From Candidatus Saccharimonadota bacterium (GTDB taxonomy: Bacteria > Pseudomonadota > Gammaproteobacteria > Enterobacterales > Enterobacteriaceae): 32,000 bases of DNA. Below, piece after piece: positions 8,274-18,566 of the stretch (the stretch's first letter is position 1; each line of letters starts with the position of its first letter). The notes under the pieces were generated by a model, which was given only the letters and a program-made list of their open reading frames with translations, ran no database searches and was not told the DNA's origin. The translations under genes were made by a program, and so were the position numbers. The stretch covers positions 90,001 to 122,000 of the forward strand of contig CP188088.1 of NCBI GenBank assembly GCA_049942965.1, written 5' to 3'.

Positions 8274-10616
8274 TTATTTTATTGAAGAATAAGGATTTTT
8301 CTCCAATGCCAACAATAGTACTTCTTTAATATTTTTTACTGGATATATTTTTAAACAAGAAAGAATATTTTTTGGAATTTCTTCTAGGTCTTTTTTATTT
8401 TCTTTAGGTATTAAAACTTGTTTTATTCCACCTCTATGGGCAGCTAATAGTTTTTCTTTTAATCCTCCTATAGGTAATATTTGTCCTCGTAAAGTAATTT
8501 CTCCAGTCATTGCTACATCAGATTTAACTGGATTTTTTGTAAAACAAGATACGATTGCTGTACACATTGCGATTCCTGCGCTAGGACCATCTTTAGGAGT
8601 AGCTCCTTCTGGAACATGAACATGAATATCGTTTTTTTCATAAAAATTTTTTGTAATTTTTAATTTTTTTGCTTGAGATCTTACTACAGTTAATGCTGCT
8701 TGTATAGATTCTTGCATTACTTCTCCTAAAGAACCTGTATACATCAATTTTCCTTTCCCAGAAATACAAGCACTTTCTATTGTTAGTAGTTCTCCTCCTA
8801 CTTCTGTCCAAGCTAAACCGGTAACTTCACCTATTTGGTTTTTTTCTTTTATTTTCCCATAGTCAAATTTTTTTACTCCGAGGTATGTTTTTAAATTGTC
8901 TTTGTTAATTTTTATTTTTTTTATTGATTTATCTAATAAAATTTTTTTTACTGTTTTACGACATATTTTTGATATTTCTCGTTCTAATCCTCTTACTCCT
9001 GCTTCTCTCGTATAATATCTAATTATATTAGTAATAGCTTCGTCATCTATTATTATTTCTTCTTTTTTTAGAGCATTACGATTAATTTGCTTATCTTTTA
9101 AATGTGATTTAGCAATGTTTAATTTTTCATCTTCAGTATATCCAGATAGTCTAATTACTTCCATTCTATCTAACAATGGATCAGGAATATTTATAGAATT
9201 AGATGTAGCAACAAACATAACTTCTGACAGATCATAGTCAATTTCTAGATAATGATCATTAAAAGAAAAATTTTGTTCTGGATCTAATACTTCTAATAAT
9301 GCAGAAACTGGATCAACTCTCATATCACAAGACATCTTGTCTATTTCGTCTAACAAAAATAATGGATTTTTAACTCCAGCTTTTGTCATTTTTTGAATTA
9401 ATTTTCCAGGCATAGAACCAATGTAAGTTCTTCTGTGTCCTCTGATTTCAGCTTCATCTCTTATTCCACCTAAAGCCATTCTAATGTATTTTCTTCCGGT
9501 TGCTTTTGCTATAGATTTTCCTAATGATGTTTTTCCAACTCCAGGGGGTCCAACTAGACATAAAATAGGACCTTTGATTTTCGAAATTCTATTTTGTACT
9601 GCTAAGTATTCTAAAATTCTTTCTTTTACATTTTTTAATCCAAAATGATCAGAATCTAAAATTTTTTGAGCCATTAAAAGATTTTTTTTTATTTTACTCT
9701 TTTTTTTCCAAGGTATTTGTAACATCCATTCAATATAAGTTCTTACAACAGTGGCTTCGGCTGACATTGGAGACATCATTTTTAGTTTTTGTAGTTCTGA
9801 TTCTAATTTTTTTTTTGCTTCTTTTGGCATACAAATTTTTTTTATTTTTCTTTTTAAAATTTCATTTTCGTCAGGTATATTTTCATTTTCTCCTAGTTCT
9901 TTTTGAATAGCTTTCATTTGTTCATTTAAATAATATTCTCTCTGACTTTTTTCCATTTGTCTTTTTACTCGATTTCTGATTCTCTTTTCTATTTCTAATA
10001 ATTCTATTTCATATTTCATCATTCCAATCAAATAAGAAAATCGTTTTTCTATATTTGTTATTTCTAAAAACGATTGTTTATGAGCTAAATTTAATGGAAT
10101 ATGAGAGGCAATAATATCTCCTAATTGTTCAATATTTTTAATTTTTTTAACAGATTCTATTAGTTCTAGTGGAGATTTTTTGTTTTTTTTAATAAATTCT
10201 TCAAATTGATCAATCATTGTTTTAGACAATATTATTCTTTCTTTTTTGTCAATTTTGGGACTTTTAATTAATTCTATTTCTGCAGATAAATGTTCTTCAT
10301 TATTCAATAGATTTAAAATATTAGCTCGTTGAATTCCTTCTATTAGTACTTTTACTGTACCGTCTGGTAATTTTAATGTTTGTAAAATTATTGATATTGT
10401 TCCTACTTTAAATAAATCCTTTATTTTAGGATCATCAGTTGACGCTTCTTTTTGAGTCACTAACATAATTTTTTTTTCATTATTTATAGACGATTCAATA
10501 CACATAATTGATTTCTTTCGACCTACAAATAAAGGAATTACCATATGAGGATATATTACAACGTCTCTTAATGGTAAAACAGGAATTTTAATGCGCTCTA
10601 AACGCTCAAGATTCAT
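8274..10616 (-). CDS. lon: ATP-dependent Lon protease
   Basis: The ORF is 780 aa against 784 aa in E. coli. The N-terminus MNLERLERIKIPVLPLRDVVIYPHMVIPLFVGR matches, as do Walker A GPPGVGKTS, the catalytic Ser in PKDGPSAG and the downstream Lys in GGLKEKLLAAHRGGIK. Confidence 0.97.
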   Translation of the reverse strand: MNLERLERIKIPVLPLRDVVIYPHMVIPLFVGRKKSIMCIESSINNEKKIMLVTQKEASTDDPKIKDLFKVGTISIILQTLKLPDGTVKVLIEGIQRANILNLLNNEEHLSAEIELIKSPKIDKKERIILSKTMIDQFEEFIKKNKKSPLELIESVKKIKNIEQLGDIIASHIPLNLAHKQSFLEITNIEKRFSYLIGMMKYEIELLEIEKRIRNRVKRQMEKSQREYYLNEQMKAIQKELGENENIPDENEILKRKIKKICMPKEAKKKLESELQKLKMMSPMSAEATVVRTYIEWMLQIPWKKKSKIKKNLLMAQKILDSDHFGLKNVKERILEYLAVQNRISKIKGPILCLVGPPGVGKTSLGKSIAKATGRKYIRMALGGIRDEAEIRGHRRTYIGSMPGKLIQKMTKAGVKNPLFLLDEIDKMSCDMRVDPVSALLEVLDPEQNFSFNDHYLEIDYDLSEVMFVATSNSINIPDPLLDRMEVIRLSGYTEDEKLNIAKSHLKDKQINRNALKKEEIIIDDEAITNIIRYYTREAGVRGLEREISKICRKTVKKILLDKSIKKIKINKDNLKTYLGVKKFDYGKIKEKNQIGEVTGLAWTEVGGELLTIESACISGKGKLMYTGSLGEVMQESIQAALTVVRSQAKKLKITKNFYEKNDIHVHVPEGATPKDGPSAGIAMCTAIVSCFTKNPVKSDVAMTGEITLRGQILPIGGLKEKLLAAHRGGIKQVLIPKENKKDLEEIPKNILSCLKIYPVKNIKEVLLLALEKNPYSSIK

Positions 10617-10805
10617 GGATCTGTCTCTCTTTTATGCAACCATACGATGGGATATGTGATGTAAATAAATAAAATATATGAGTGCTCTCTTTGATGATTT
10701 AAGGAGTAGTTTTTTTTGAATAGATATTTAAGACATTATAATAATTAAATGTTAATAATTATTAATATTTTTAATATTAAAGAAAGAATAGTATTAATTT
10801 TAAAA

Positions 10806-12089
10806 TTAATCTCTATATTTTATTTTTTCATCAATTTCATTTTTTTTGTAAATAAAAATTGGTTTTTCTTGTTTTTTTATAACAGACGAATTAATAATTA
10901 CTTTTTTTACATTTTTTAAGGAAGGTAATTCATACATGGTATCCAATAAAATTTCTTCTATTATTGATCTTAGTCCTCTAGCACCTACTTTTTTTTCTAG
11001 AGCTCTTTTTGCAATAGAATTGATTGATTTTTCTTGAAATTCTAATTTCACTCCTTCTAATTGAAATAATTTTTCATATTGTTTTAGTAAAGAGTTTTTT
11101 GGTTTTGTTAGTATTTCTATTAACAGTTTTTTATCTAAATCGTGTAATTTTACAATTATTGGTAATCTTCCTATAAATTCTGGAATTAAACCAAATTTAA
11201 TTAAATCTTTTGTTTGAACTGTTATTATTTTATTTTTATCTTTTTTTATTTTTTTTATGTGCTTTGTTGTTTTAAATCCAATATTTATATTTTTATTGTT
11301 TCTTTTTGAAATAATTTTATCTAAATTGTAAAAAGTTCCACCGCAAATAAATAGAATTTTTGAAGTATTTAAATATATAAGATCTTGTTGTGGATGTTTT
11401 CGACCTCCTTTAGGAGGAATCGATGCGATAGTTCCTTCAATTAATTTTAGCAAAGATTGTTGTACTCCTTCTCCTGAAACATCTCTAGTAATTGATAGAT
11501 TTTCAGATTTTTTAGATATTTTGTCAATTTCATCTATGTAAATAATACCTAATTCAGCTTTTTTTACATTAAAATCACAATTTTGTAACAATTTTAATAA
11601 TATATTTTCAACGTCTTCACCTACATATCCTGCTTCTGTTAATGTAGTAGCATCAGCTACAGAAAACGGAACTTGTAAATATTTAGCTAATGTTTCTGCT
11701 AAAAAAGTTTTTCCACTTCCAGTAGGTCCTATTAATAAAACATTGCTTTTTCCTATTTCAATTTGATTTTCTGATTTAGTATTTATATATTTTATTTTTT
11801 TATAATGATTGTATACAGCAACTGATAACATTTTTTTTGCTTGATCTTGACCAACTACATATTGATCTAAATGTTTATATATTTTTTTTGGAGTAGGTAA
11901 ATTTGTTAGTGTTATATCTTCTTCTTTTATTTTATTGTCATTTTTAATAATTTTATAACATATTGTGATACATCTGTCGCAAATATTTACAGATGGACCA
12001 GATATAACTTTTTGTAGTTCTTCCTGTTTTTTTTTACAAAATGAACAAAAAATATTATTTTTGGAATTATTGTTTTGATTTTTAGACAT
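10806..12089 (-). CDS. clpX: ClpX unfoldase (ATPase subunit of ClpXP)
   Basis: The 427-aa ORF has an N-terminal Zn finger (CSFCKK...CDRCITIC), Walker [10 protein letters not shown], Walker [11 protein letters not shown] and an IGF-loop region [10 protein letters not shown]. Confidence 0.97.
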   Translation of the reverse strand: MSKNQNNNSKNNIFCSFCKKKQEELQKVISGPSVNICDRCITICYKIIKNDNKIKEEDITLTNLPTPKKIYKHLDQYVVGQDQAKKMLSVAVYNHYKKIKYINTKSENQIEIGKSNVLLIGPTGSGKTFLAETLAKYLQVPFSVADATTLTEAGYVGEDVENILLKLLQNCDFNVKKAELGIIYIDEIDKISKKSENLSITRDVSGEGVQQSLLKLIEGTIASIPPKGGRKHPQQDLIYLNTSKILFICGGTFYNLDKIISKRNNKNINIGFKTTKHIKKIKKDKNKIITVQTKDLIKFGLIPEFIGRLPIIVKLHDLDKKLLIEILTKPKNSLLKQYEKLFQLEGVKLEFQEKSINSIAKRALEKKVGARGLRSIIEEILLDTMYELPSLKNVKKVIINSSVIKKQEKPIFIYKKNEIDEKIKYRD

Positions 12090-12236
12090 AATCTTTTCTT
12101 AGTTTTGGTTATAATTTTTTATTTCTTTTATTTAAACTTTTAAAATTTAATAAATAATATATTTCATTAAATCAATTATTTTTTAATAAAAATTAATTTT
12201 TTTAATGAAAATGATTTAATTTTATATATAAAAAAA

Positions 12237-12917
12237 TTATCTTTTTACTATAATTGAATCAATTAGTCCATATTCCATTGCTTCATTTGGAGAAAAAAAT
12301 CGATCTCTTTCAGTATCTTTTTTTATTTTTTTTATATTTTTTCCCGTAATTTCTGAAAAGATTTTATTAATTTTATTTTTTATATTTATTATTTCTTTTG
12401 TGTGAATTTCTATATCTGAAGCTTGACCTTTTATTCCACCTATTGGTTGATGTATCATAATTCTAGAATTTGGTAATGAAAAACGTTTTCCTTTTTCTCC
12501 TGATGCTAAAATGAAAGCTCCCATGGAACATGCTTGTCCTAAACAAATAGTATTTATTTTAGGTTTTATAAATTTCATTGTATCGTAAATAGAAAACCCT
12601 GCAGTTACTGATCCTCCAGGAGAATTAATGTATATAAAAATATCTTTTTTTGCATCTGTTGATTCCAAAAACAATAATTGAGCTACGATTAAATTAGATA
12701 ATTCATCGTTGAGAACTCCAGTGAAAAAAATTATTCTATCTTGTAATAAACGAGAATAAATATCATACGAACGTTCACCTGTAGAATGTTGTTCAACAAC
12801 CATTGGAATAAAATATGAGTTAATTTGGTTTTTTTTATAGTTTTTATTTTTATAGAATATCATTATTTTTTCTCGAAATATTTTTAAAAATTTTGTTTTT
12901 TTATTTACATTAATCAA
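12237..12917 (-). CDS. clpP: ClpP proteolytic subunit
   Basis: The Ser-His-Asp triad contexts are present ([24 protein letters not shown]), and [23 protein letters not shown] matches E. coli [23 protein letters not shown]. The second in-frame ATG at 12863 ([11 protein letters not shown]...) gives a length close to the 207 aa of E. coli and is probably the true start. Confidence 0.93.
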   Translation of the reverse strand: MINVNKKTKFLKIFREKIMIFYKNKNYKKNQINSYFIPMVVEQHSTGERSYDIYSRLLQDRIIFFTGVLNDELSNLIVAQLLFLESTDAKKDIFIYINSPGGSVTAGFSIYDTMKFIKPKINTICLGQACSMGAFILASGEKGKRFSLPNSRIMIHQPIGGIKGQASDIEIHTKEIINIKNKINKIFSEITGKNIKKIKKDTERDRFFSPNEAMEYGLIDSIIVKR

Positions 12918-13760
12918 TGTAAATTCAATTTATGATTTTAAGTTTATAAAAAAACTTAATTTTATATTTAAAACGTTATGGAAGGAAAAATATAAAAATT
13001 TAAATTTAAAGAAGAGATAATTAGATTATCAAATAGATATTTTTTTTTAGAACCACAAAAGTAAATACATAAATATATATTTTTAAATTTTTTCTTCAGA
13101 ACTAAAGAACTACTTTCTTGAAGTTGTTTATTGATATTTTTTATTATGAATAAAATGAAGTTAATAGTTTTAACATTTTTTTAAAATTTTTTAAAAAATT
13201 TTCCTAGATTAATTTATTAAAAAATATTTATTGTTTATTTTTTATGTAATTATTAATACGTAAAAAAATAATTTTCTTTTTAGTTCTCAGTGTAGCATGA
13301 GGATTCTAATAATTTTTTTTGATTTTGTTGGTTTTTTTAATTTGTTTCTATTATAAGTAATAATAACAATAATTTTTTAAAATTTTAAATATTTAATTTT
13401 AATGTTGTAATAATTGTATATAAATTAAATTTTAAGATCGTTATTTTTTTATACGAAAGATAAAAAACTTTTTATATTTTGTCGTTGTAAACCTTGATTG
13501 TATTTTACGCATGTAGTGAAAGAATTTTATTTTTTTTTAGATCTTTATAATTATAGATTATTTTAAAAAAATACAAAATGATACTTATTTTATTAAGATA
13601 AAATGTATTGAAAATTAAAGTTTAGATAAATACCTATATTATTTATCAAACAATATGTTTTAAACATAAAGAATGAAAGATTTGTTAATAATATTTTCTA
13701 CAATTTTTTTGTTAAATATGTTATTTTTTTTTGATAAATCAAGTTCTAAATAATTTTTAG
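12918..13760. other. 843-bp gene-free spacer between divergent clpP and cyoA (the slot holding tig, bolA, yajG and ampG in E. coli)
   Basis: The ORF track shows no ORF here, and this is the longest non-coding interval in the window. It presumably also holds the clpP and cyoA promoters. See the findings for possible relic frames. Confidence 0.6.
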
Positions 13761-13772
13761 ATGAGGAATATA

Positions 13773-14633
13773 ATGAATTTAAAAAAAGAAAGTAACATTA
13801 TAATAAAAATTATGTTTTTCACAACTATATTATTTCTATCTGGTTGTAGCAACAATTTTCTTTTACCTAAGGGAGAAATTGCTATTAAACAATATTCATT
13901 GATTGCAATTGCTTTTTCTCTAATGTTATTAATAGTAGTACCTGTATTTATTATGATATTTTTTTTTGTTTGGAAATATAAAAAAAATTTTTATAAAAAT
14001 ACATATAAACCAAATTGGGATCATTCGAACATGATTGAACTTGCAATTTGGTTTTTTCCAATTTTAATTATTTCGATTTTATCTTATTTATCTTATCAAT
14101 CAGCACATGAACTAGAACCTAGCAAACCTTTGTCGTCTGTAATTAAACCTGTTAAAATAGAAGTAGTTTCTTTAGATTGGAAATGGTTGTTTATTTATCC
14201 AGAAGAAAATATTGCAACTATCAATGAAATTGTATTTCCAACGAATACTCCTGTAGAGTTTAGAATTACTTCTAATTCAGTTATGAACTCTTTTTTTATT
14301 CCATCTTTAGGAAGTCAAATTTATGCAATGCCTGGAATGGTAAGCAAATTACATTTAATAACTAATTATCCAGGTTTTTATAAAGGAATTTCTTCTAACT
14401 ATAGTGGAAGAGGTTTTTCTGATATGAAATTTAAAGTATTAGCAATAAATGATCAGAAACTATTTCACTCATGGATAAAAAAAGTAAAAAAATCTTATAA
14501 AAAAATTAATAATTTTAACGATTTTAAAAAAATATCAATACCCGATGAAAATCATTTTATTGAATATTTTTCTGACATTAACACTGGACTTTTTAATAAA
14601 ATTTTAAAATACAATTGTGAAAGTCAAGATTAA
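13773..14633 (+). CDS. cyoA: Cytochrome bo3 ubiquinol oxidase subunit II (lipoprotein)
   Basis: The lipobox FLSGC places Cys at residue 25 from the ATG at 13773, the same position as in E. coli CyoA (LLSGC). GAGGA sits 6 nt upstream of that ATG. The ORF-track start at 13761 is an in-frame alternative. Conserved segments include EVVSLDWKWLFIYPE and TSNSVMNSFFIPSLGSQIYAMPGM. The His-rich C-terminal tail of E. coli CyoA is absent. Confidence 0.93.
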   Translation: MNLKKESNIIIKIMFFTTILFLSGCSNNFLLPKGEIAIKQYSLIAIAFSLMLLIVVPVFIMIFFFVWKYKKNFYKNTYKPNWDHSNMIELAIWFFPILIISILSYLSYQSAHELEPSKPLSSVIKPVKIEVVSLDWKWLFIYPEENIATINEIVFPTNTPVEFRITSNSVMNSFFIPSLGSQIYAMPGMVSKLHLITNYPGFYKGISSNYSGRGFSDMKFKVLAINDQKLFHSWIKKVKKSYKKINNFNDFKKISIPDENHFIEYFSDINTGLFNKILKYNCESQD

Positions 14634-14710
14634 AAAAACTAATAAAATATGTTTTTTATATTTATAAAATATTTTAATGAATAACGTAATATTTATAAGG
14701 ATGGAATGAG

Positions 14711-16738
14711 ATGTTCGGAAAGTTAACAATTGCAGCTATTCCATATCATGAACCCATTATTTTTTTCACTTTTATCATAATAATGATTATTGGAGCTTTT
14801 TTATTTGCTTCTATAACTTATTTTAAAAAATGGAAATATTTATGGAATGAGTGGTTCACCAGTGTGGATCATAAAAAAATTGCAATAATGTATTTTTTTG
14901 TAGCACTAATAATGTTTTTTAGGGGATTTGTTGATGCTTTAATGATGAGAATGCAACAATTTCTTTCATCTGGTGATAATGGTAATATTGTAGGTAATAA
15001 TTTTGTTGGCAAAAGTGGATATTTGACTGCAGATCATTATGATCAAATATTTACAGCTCACGGAGTTATTATGATTTTTTTTGTTGCTATGCCTCTTGTT
15101 ATAGGAATAATGAATTTTGTAGTTCCTTTACAAATAGGGGCCAGAGATCTTGCTTTTCCAATATTAAACAATTTAAGTTTTTGGCTAACAGTTACAGGTG
15201 CGGTGATTATTAATTTATCATTTTTTATAGGAGAATTTGCTAGAACTGGTTGGTTATCGTATCCTCCGTTATCGGGAATTAAATATAGTCCTGGAGTAGG
15301 AGTAGATTATTGGATTTGGAGTTTGCAATTGGCAGGTATTGGAACTACTATGACTGCTATAAATTTTATAGTTACAATACTTAAAATGCGAGCTAAAGGA
15401 ATGAGCTTATTTAAAATGCCTATTTTTACATGGACTTCATTGTGTACTAATGTATTAATTTTGGCTTCTTTTCCAGTTTTAACAGCAACTTTACTTTTAT
15501 TAACTTTAGATAGATATTTTAATTTTCATTTATTTACTACAGAAATGGGAGGTAATCCTATGATGTATGTAAATTTAATTTGGATTTGGGGACATCCAGA
15601 AGTATACATATTGGTTTTACCTGCGTTCGGTATTTTTTCTGAAATAGTATCAACATTTTCTAGAAAGTCGTTGTTTGGTTACTTTTCTTTAGTTTGGGCT
15701 ACGATATCAATTATGGTTTTATCTTTTGTTGTTTGGTTACATCATTTTTTTACTATGGGTGCTGGTGCGAATGTAAATTCTTTTTTTGGAATTTCTACCA
15801 TGGTAATAGCTATACCAACCGGTGTAAAGATTTTTAATTGGTTGTTTACTATGTACCGAGGTCGATTATATATGCATACATCATTACTATGGACGATAGG
15901 ATTTTTGGTTACTTTTACAATAGGTGGAATGACTGGAATTTTGTTGTCTTTGCCTAGTATTGATTTTATGCTGCATAATAGTTTATTTTTAGTTGCACAT
16001 TTTCATAATGTAATTATCGGAGGTGTATTATTTGGTTCCTTTGCAGGAATTAGTTATTGGTTTCCAAAAATTTTTGGTTTTATTTTAAATGAAAAGTGGG
16101 GAAAACGTGCTTTTTGGTTTTGGATAACAGGTTTTTTTATTGCATTTATTCCATTATATTTTTTAGGTTTAATGGGAATGACTCGTCGATTAAGTCAACA
16201 TATTAATCCTGAATTTCACTATTTGTTAGCTGCTTCCGGTTTTGGAACAATTCTAATTTTTATTGGAATTATTTGTCAAGTTATACAGTTTTATGTATCA
16301 GTTAGAGATAAAAATTTAAATCTTGATCTTACAGGAGATCCTTGGAATGGAAGAACATTAGAATGGTCTACATGTTCTCCTCCACCAATATATAATTTTT
16401 CTATTCTACCGGTAGTAAAAAGTAAGGATGATTTTTGGAGAAGAAAAATTGAACAAAAAGACTTTTTCTCAATATCTTCTTTACCAGAAATTAAAATTCC
16501 TAAAAACACTAATATTGGTTTTTTTGTTGGTTTATTTTCTGTTTTCTTGGGTTTTTCAGCAGTTTGGCATATTTCATGGATGTTTTTTTTATCTTTGTTT
16601 TTAATTTTTTTTACTTTTTTTGTTAGTGGTTTCAACACTAGCTTTAAATATTCTCTTTCTTCCAAACATGTCAAAAATATTGAAATAGAGAATCTATTAA
16701 AACAGGATTATAACAATAATGACAATCATCAGCGATAA
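14711..16738 (+). CDS. cyoB: Cytochrome bo3 ubiquinol oxidase subunit I
   Basis: The 675-aa ORF keeps the heme-copper ligand motifs [21 protein letters not shown] and VAHFHNVI. It starts MFGKL, as in E. coli. An AAGGA Shine-Dalgarno lies upstream. Confidence 0.97.
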   Translation: MFGKLTIAAIPYHEPIIFFTFIIIMIIGAFLFASITYFKKWKYLWNEWFTSVDHKKIAIMYFFVALIMFFRGFVDALMMRMQQFLSSGDNGNIVGNNFVGKSGYLTADHYDQIFTAHGVIMIFFVAMPLVIGIMNFVVPLQIGARDLAFPILNNLSFWLTVTGAVIINLSFFIGEFARTGWLSYPPLSGIKYSPGVGVDYWIWSLQLAGIGTTMTAINFIVTILKMRAKGMSLFKMPIFTWTSLCTNVLILASFPVLTATLLLLTLDRYFNFHLFTTEMGGNPMMYVNLIWIWGHPEVYILVLPAFGIFSEIVSTFSRKSLFGYFSLVWATISIMVLSFVVWLHHFFTMGAGANVNSFFGISTMVIAIPTGVKIFNWLFTMYRGRLYMHTSLLWTIGFLVTFTIGGMTGILLSLPSIDFMLHNSLFLVAHFHNVIIGGVLFGSFAGISYWFPKIFGFILNEKWGKRAFWFWITGFFIAFIPLYFLGLMGMTRRLSQHINPEFHYLLAASGFGTILIFIGIICQVIQFYVSVRDKNLNLDLTGDPWNGRTLEWSTCSPPPIYNFSILPVVKSKDDFWRRKIEQKDFFSISSLPEIKIPKNTNIGFFVGLFSVFLGFSAVWHISWMFFLSLFLIFFTFFVSGFNTSFKYSLSSKHVKNIEIENLLKQDYNNNDNHQR

Positions 16739-17342
16739 AAAAGACAATAATATGTCTTTTAAAGAGCTTAATTACAAAAATAGTAATTTAGATAAAAAAA
16801 TACTTGGAATGTGGTTATATTTAGTTAGTGATGCTATCTTTTTTTCTGTTCTTTTTTCAGTTTATGCAATAATGTTTTATCACAATAATGTAAATTTTTT
16901 TAAACAAGAATTATTTAATTTAAAATTAGTAATGTTAGAATCGCTAATTTTATTATTTAGTTCAATGACTTGCGTATTAACCACGATTTTTTTTGATTTA
17001 AACAAAAAAAAATCTACTTTTTTTTATCTAGTTTTAACTTTATTTTTAGGAGTTATTTTTATTACTATAGAATTATTTGAATTTTTAGATTGTAGTTCAA
17101 AAGGTTTCTTACCACAAAAAAGTGGTTTTTTATCTATTTTTTTTACTATAATATCTTTACATGGATTACATGTTTGTTTTGGAATAATATGGATGTTTGT
17201 TTTAATTTTACAAATAATAAAAATAGGTTTTACTCCTTTAGTTTTTTCTCGAATTAGATGTTTTAGCTTATTTTGGCATTTTTTAGATTTAGTTTGGGTT
17301 TTGGTTTTTACCTTTGTTTATTTGCTTGGAGTAATTTTGTGA
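16719..17342 (+). CDS. cyoC: Cytochrome bo3 ubiquinol oxidase subunit III
   Basis: The ORF is 207 aa against 204 aa in E. coli. [21 protein letters not shown] matches E. coli [21 protein letters not shown]. The start at 16719 overlaps cyoB by 20 nt, and an alternative ATG lies at 16752. Confidence 0.92.
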   Translation: MTIISDKKDNNMSFKELNYKNSNLDKKILGMWLYLVSDAIFFSVLFSVYAIMFYHNNVNFFKQELFNLKLVMLESLILLFSSMTCVLTTIFFDLNKKKSTFFYLVLTLFLGVIFITIELFEFLDCSSKGFLPQKSGFLSIFFTIISLHGLHVCFGIIWMFVLILQIIKIGFTPLVFSRIRCFSLFWHFLDLVWVLVFTFVYLLGVIL

Positions 17343-17677
17343 AAAATGTTTTTGAAAAAAAAATAATTATAAACAATATTAGAACTAGAAAAAAGAACTG
17401 TTTTCTTGGTTTTTTTTTATCGTTTTTTTTAACAATAATTTCATTTTTATTAATAATCAAAAATTATGTATCCAAAGAAAAAACTATACTTTTACTAGTT
17501 GTATTTTGCATTTTACAAATTGTTGTTCAACTTCGATACCTTTTTGGATTTAATTTAAATAGTTATAAAAATTGGAATGCTATCTTTTTATTGTTTTCTT
17601 TTTTTGTTGTTTTAATTATTTTTTTTGGATCTGTATGGATAATGCATAATTTAAATAACAATCTTATGAAAAATTAG
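17339..17677 (+). CDS. cyoD: Cytochrome bo3 ubiquinol oxidase subunit IV
   Basis: The C-terminus GSVWIMHNLNNNLM matches E. coli GSIWIMWNLNYNMM. I place the start at the in-frame GTG at 17339, which overlaps the cyoC stop (GTGA). This gives 112 aa against 109 aa in E. coli. The ORF-track ATG at 17273 would overlap cyoC by 70 nt. Confidence 0.8.
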   Translation: MKNVFEKKIIINNIRTRKKNCFLGFFLSFFLTIISFLLIIKNYVSKEKTILLLVVFCILQIVVQLRYLFGFNLNSYKNWNAIFLLFSFFVVLIIFFGSVWIMHNLNNNLMKN

Positions 17678-17692
17678 AAGAAATATAAAAAA

Positions 17693-18541
17693 ATGTTACT
17701 TTTTTATTTAGAATTAGTTAAACCTAGAATAATTTTAGGAAATTTAGTTACTATGATTGGAGGATTTTTGTTATCTTCTAAGGGAGAGGATAATTATTTT
17801 TTATTATTTTTTTCTTCAGTTGGATTGATTTTAATTATTGCATCTAGTTGTATTATTAATAACGTTATTGATCATGATCTTGATAAAATAATGAATAGAA
17901 CTAGAAATAGGATTTTAGTAAAATGGAAATCTTCAATATGGAAGATAATTTTTTGTTCTTATTTATTAGGTTGTTTAGGTTTTTTAGTTTTTTATTTTTT
18001 TGTAAATAATATTGTATTTTTGTTAAGTTTGATTGCATATCTTGATTATATAATTTTATATACTTTTTTTTCAAAAAGAAAAACTAAATATTCAACATAT
18101 ATTGGTGGAGTTGCTGGAGCAATTCCACCACTTATTGGTTACTGTTCAGTTTCTAATAATTTGGATTTATGTTCGTTAGTTTTATTTTTTGTAATTTTTA
18201 TATGGCAAATTCCGCATTTTTATTTAATTGGTATTAAATATTTAAATGAGTATAAAAAAGCGAATATTCCTATTTTTCCAGTTGTAGAAGGATTTAAAAA
18301 GACTAAAAAAAGAATTTTACTTTTTATATCATTTTATTTTTTGTGTTCTTCGTTATTAACTTTTTTACATTATGTTGGATATTATTTTTTTTTTACTAAT
18401 TTTATTTTTTCTTTTCTTTGGTTTTTATTATCTTTTTTTATAACTAAAAATTGTATTTTTTACGTTCGTATTTCTATACTTTTTTCTATATTTATCATAT
18501 TAAATTTTAGTTTTTTTATTTCTTTTGATTATATTAGTTAG
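17693..18541 (+). CDS. cyoE: Protoheme IX farnesyltransferase (heme O synthase)
   Basis: The 282-aa ORF is a polytopic UbiA-family protein. VKPRIILGNLVTMIGGFLL, NNVIDHDLDKIMNRTRNR and GAIPPLIGYC match E. coli CyoE. It is the last gene of the cyo operon. Confidence 0.93.
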   Translation: MLLFYLELVKPRIILGNLVTMIGGFLLSSKGEDNYFLLFFSSVGLILIIASSCIINNVIDHDLDKIMNRTRNRILVKWKSSIWKIIFCSYLLGCLGFLVFYFFVNNIVFLLSLIAYLDYIILYTFFSKRKTKYSTYIGGVAGAIPPLIGYCSVSNNLDLCSLVLFFVIFIWQIPHFYLIGIKYLNEYKKANIPIFPVVEGFKKTKKRILLFISFYFLCSSLLTFLHYVGYYFFFTNFIFSFLWFLLSFFITKNCIFYVRISILFSIFIILNFSFFISFDYIS

Positions 18542-18566
18542 ATGAATATTTTTTATTACAAGTTTT

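Noticed and set aside
15761-15768. The Chi-like octamer gctggtgc (7/8 match to E. coli Chi GCTGGTGG), of interest given the intact RecBCD
   Set aside because: It is not an exact match. It lies inside the conserved GAGA-encoding codons of cyoB (MGAGAN), so protein constraint explains it. A single occurrence says nothing about Chi usage.
17273-17338. The upstream ATG start for cyoD given by the ORF track
   Set aside because: It would overlap cyoC by 70 nt and add residues absent from E. coli CyoD. The GTG at 17339, fused to the cyoC stop, gives the expected length.
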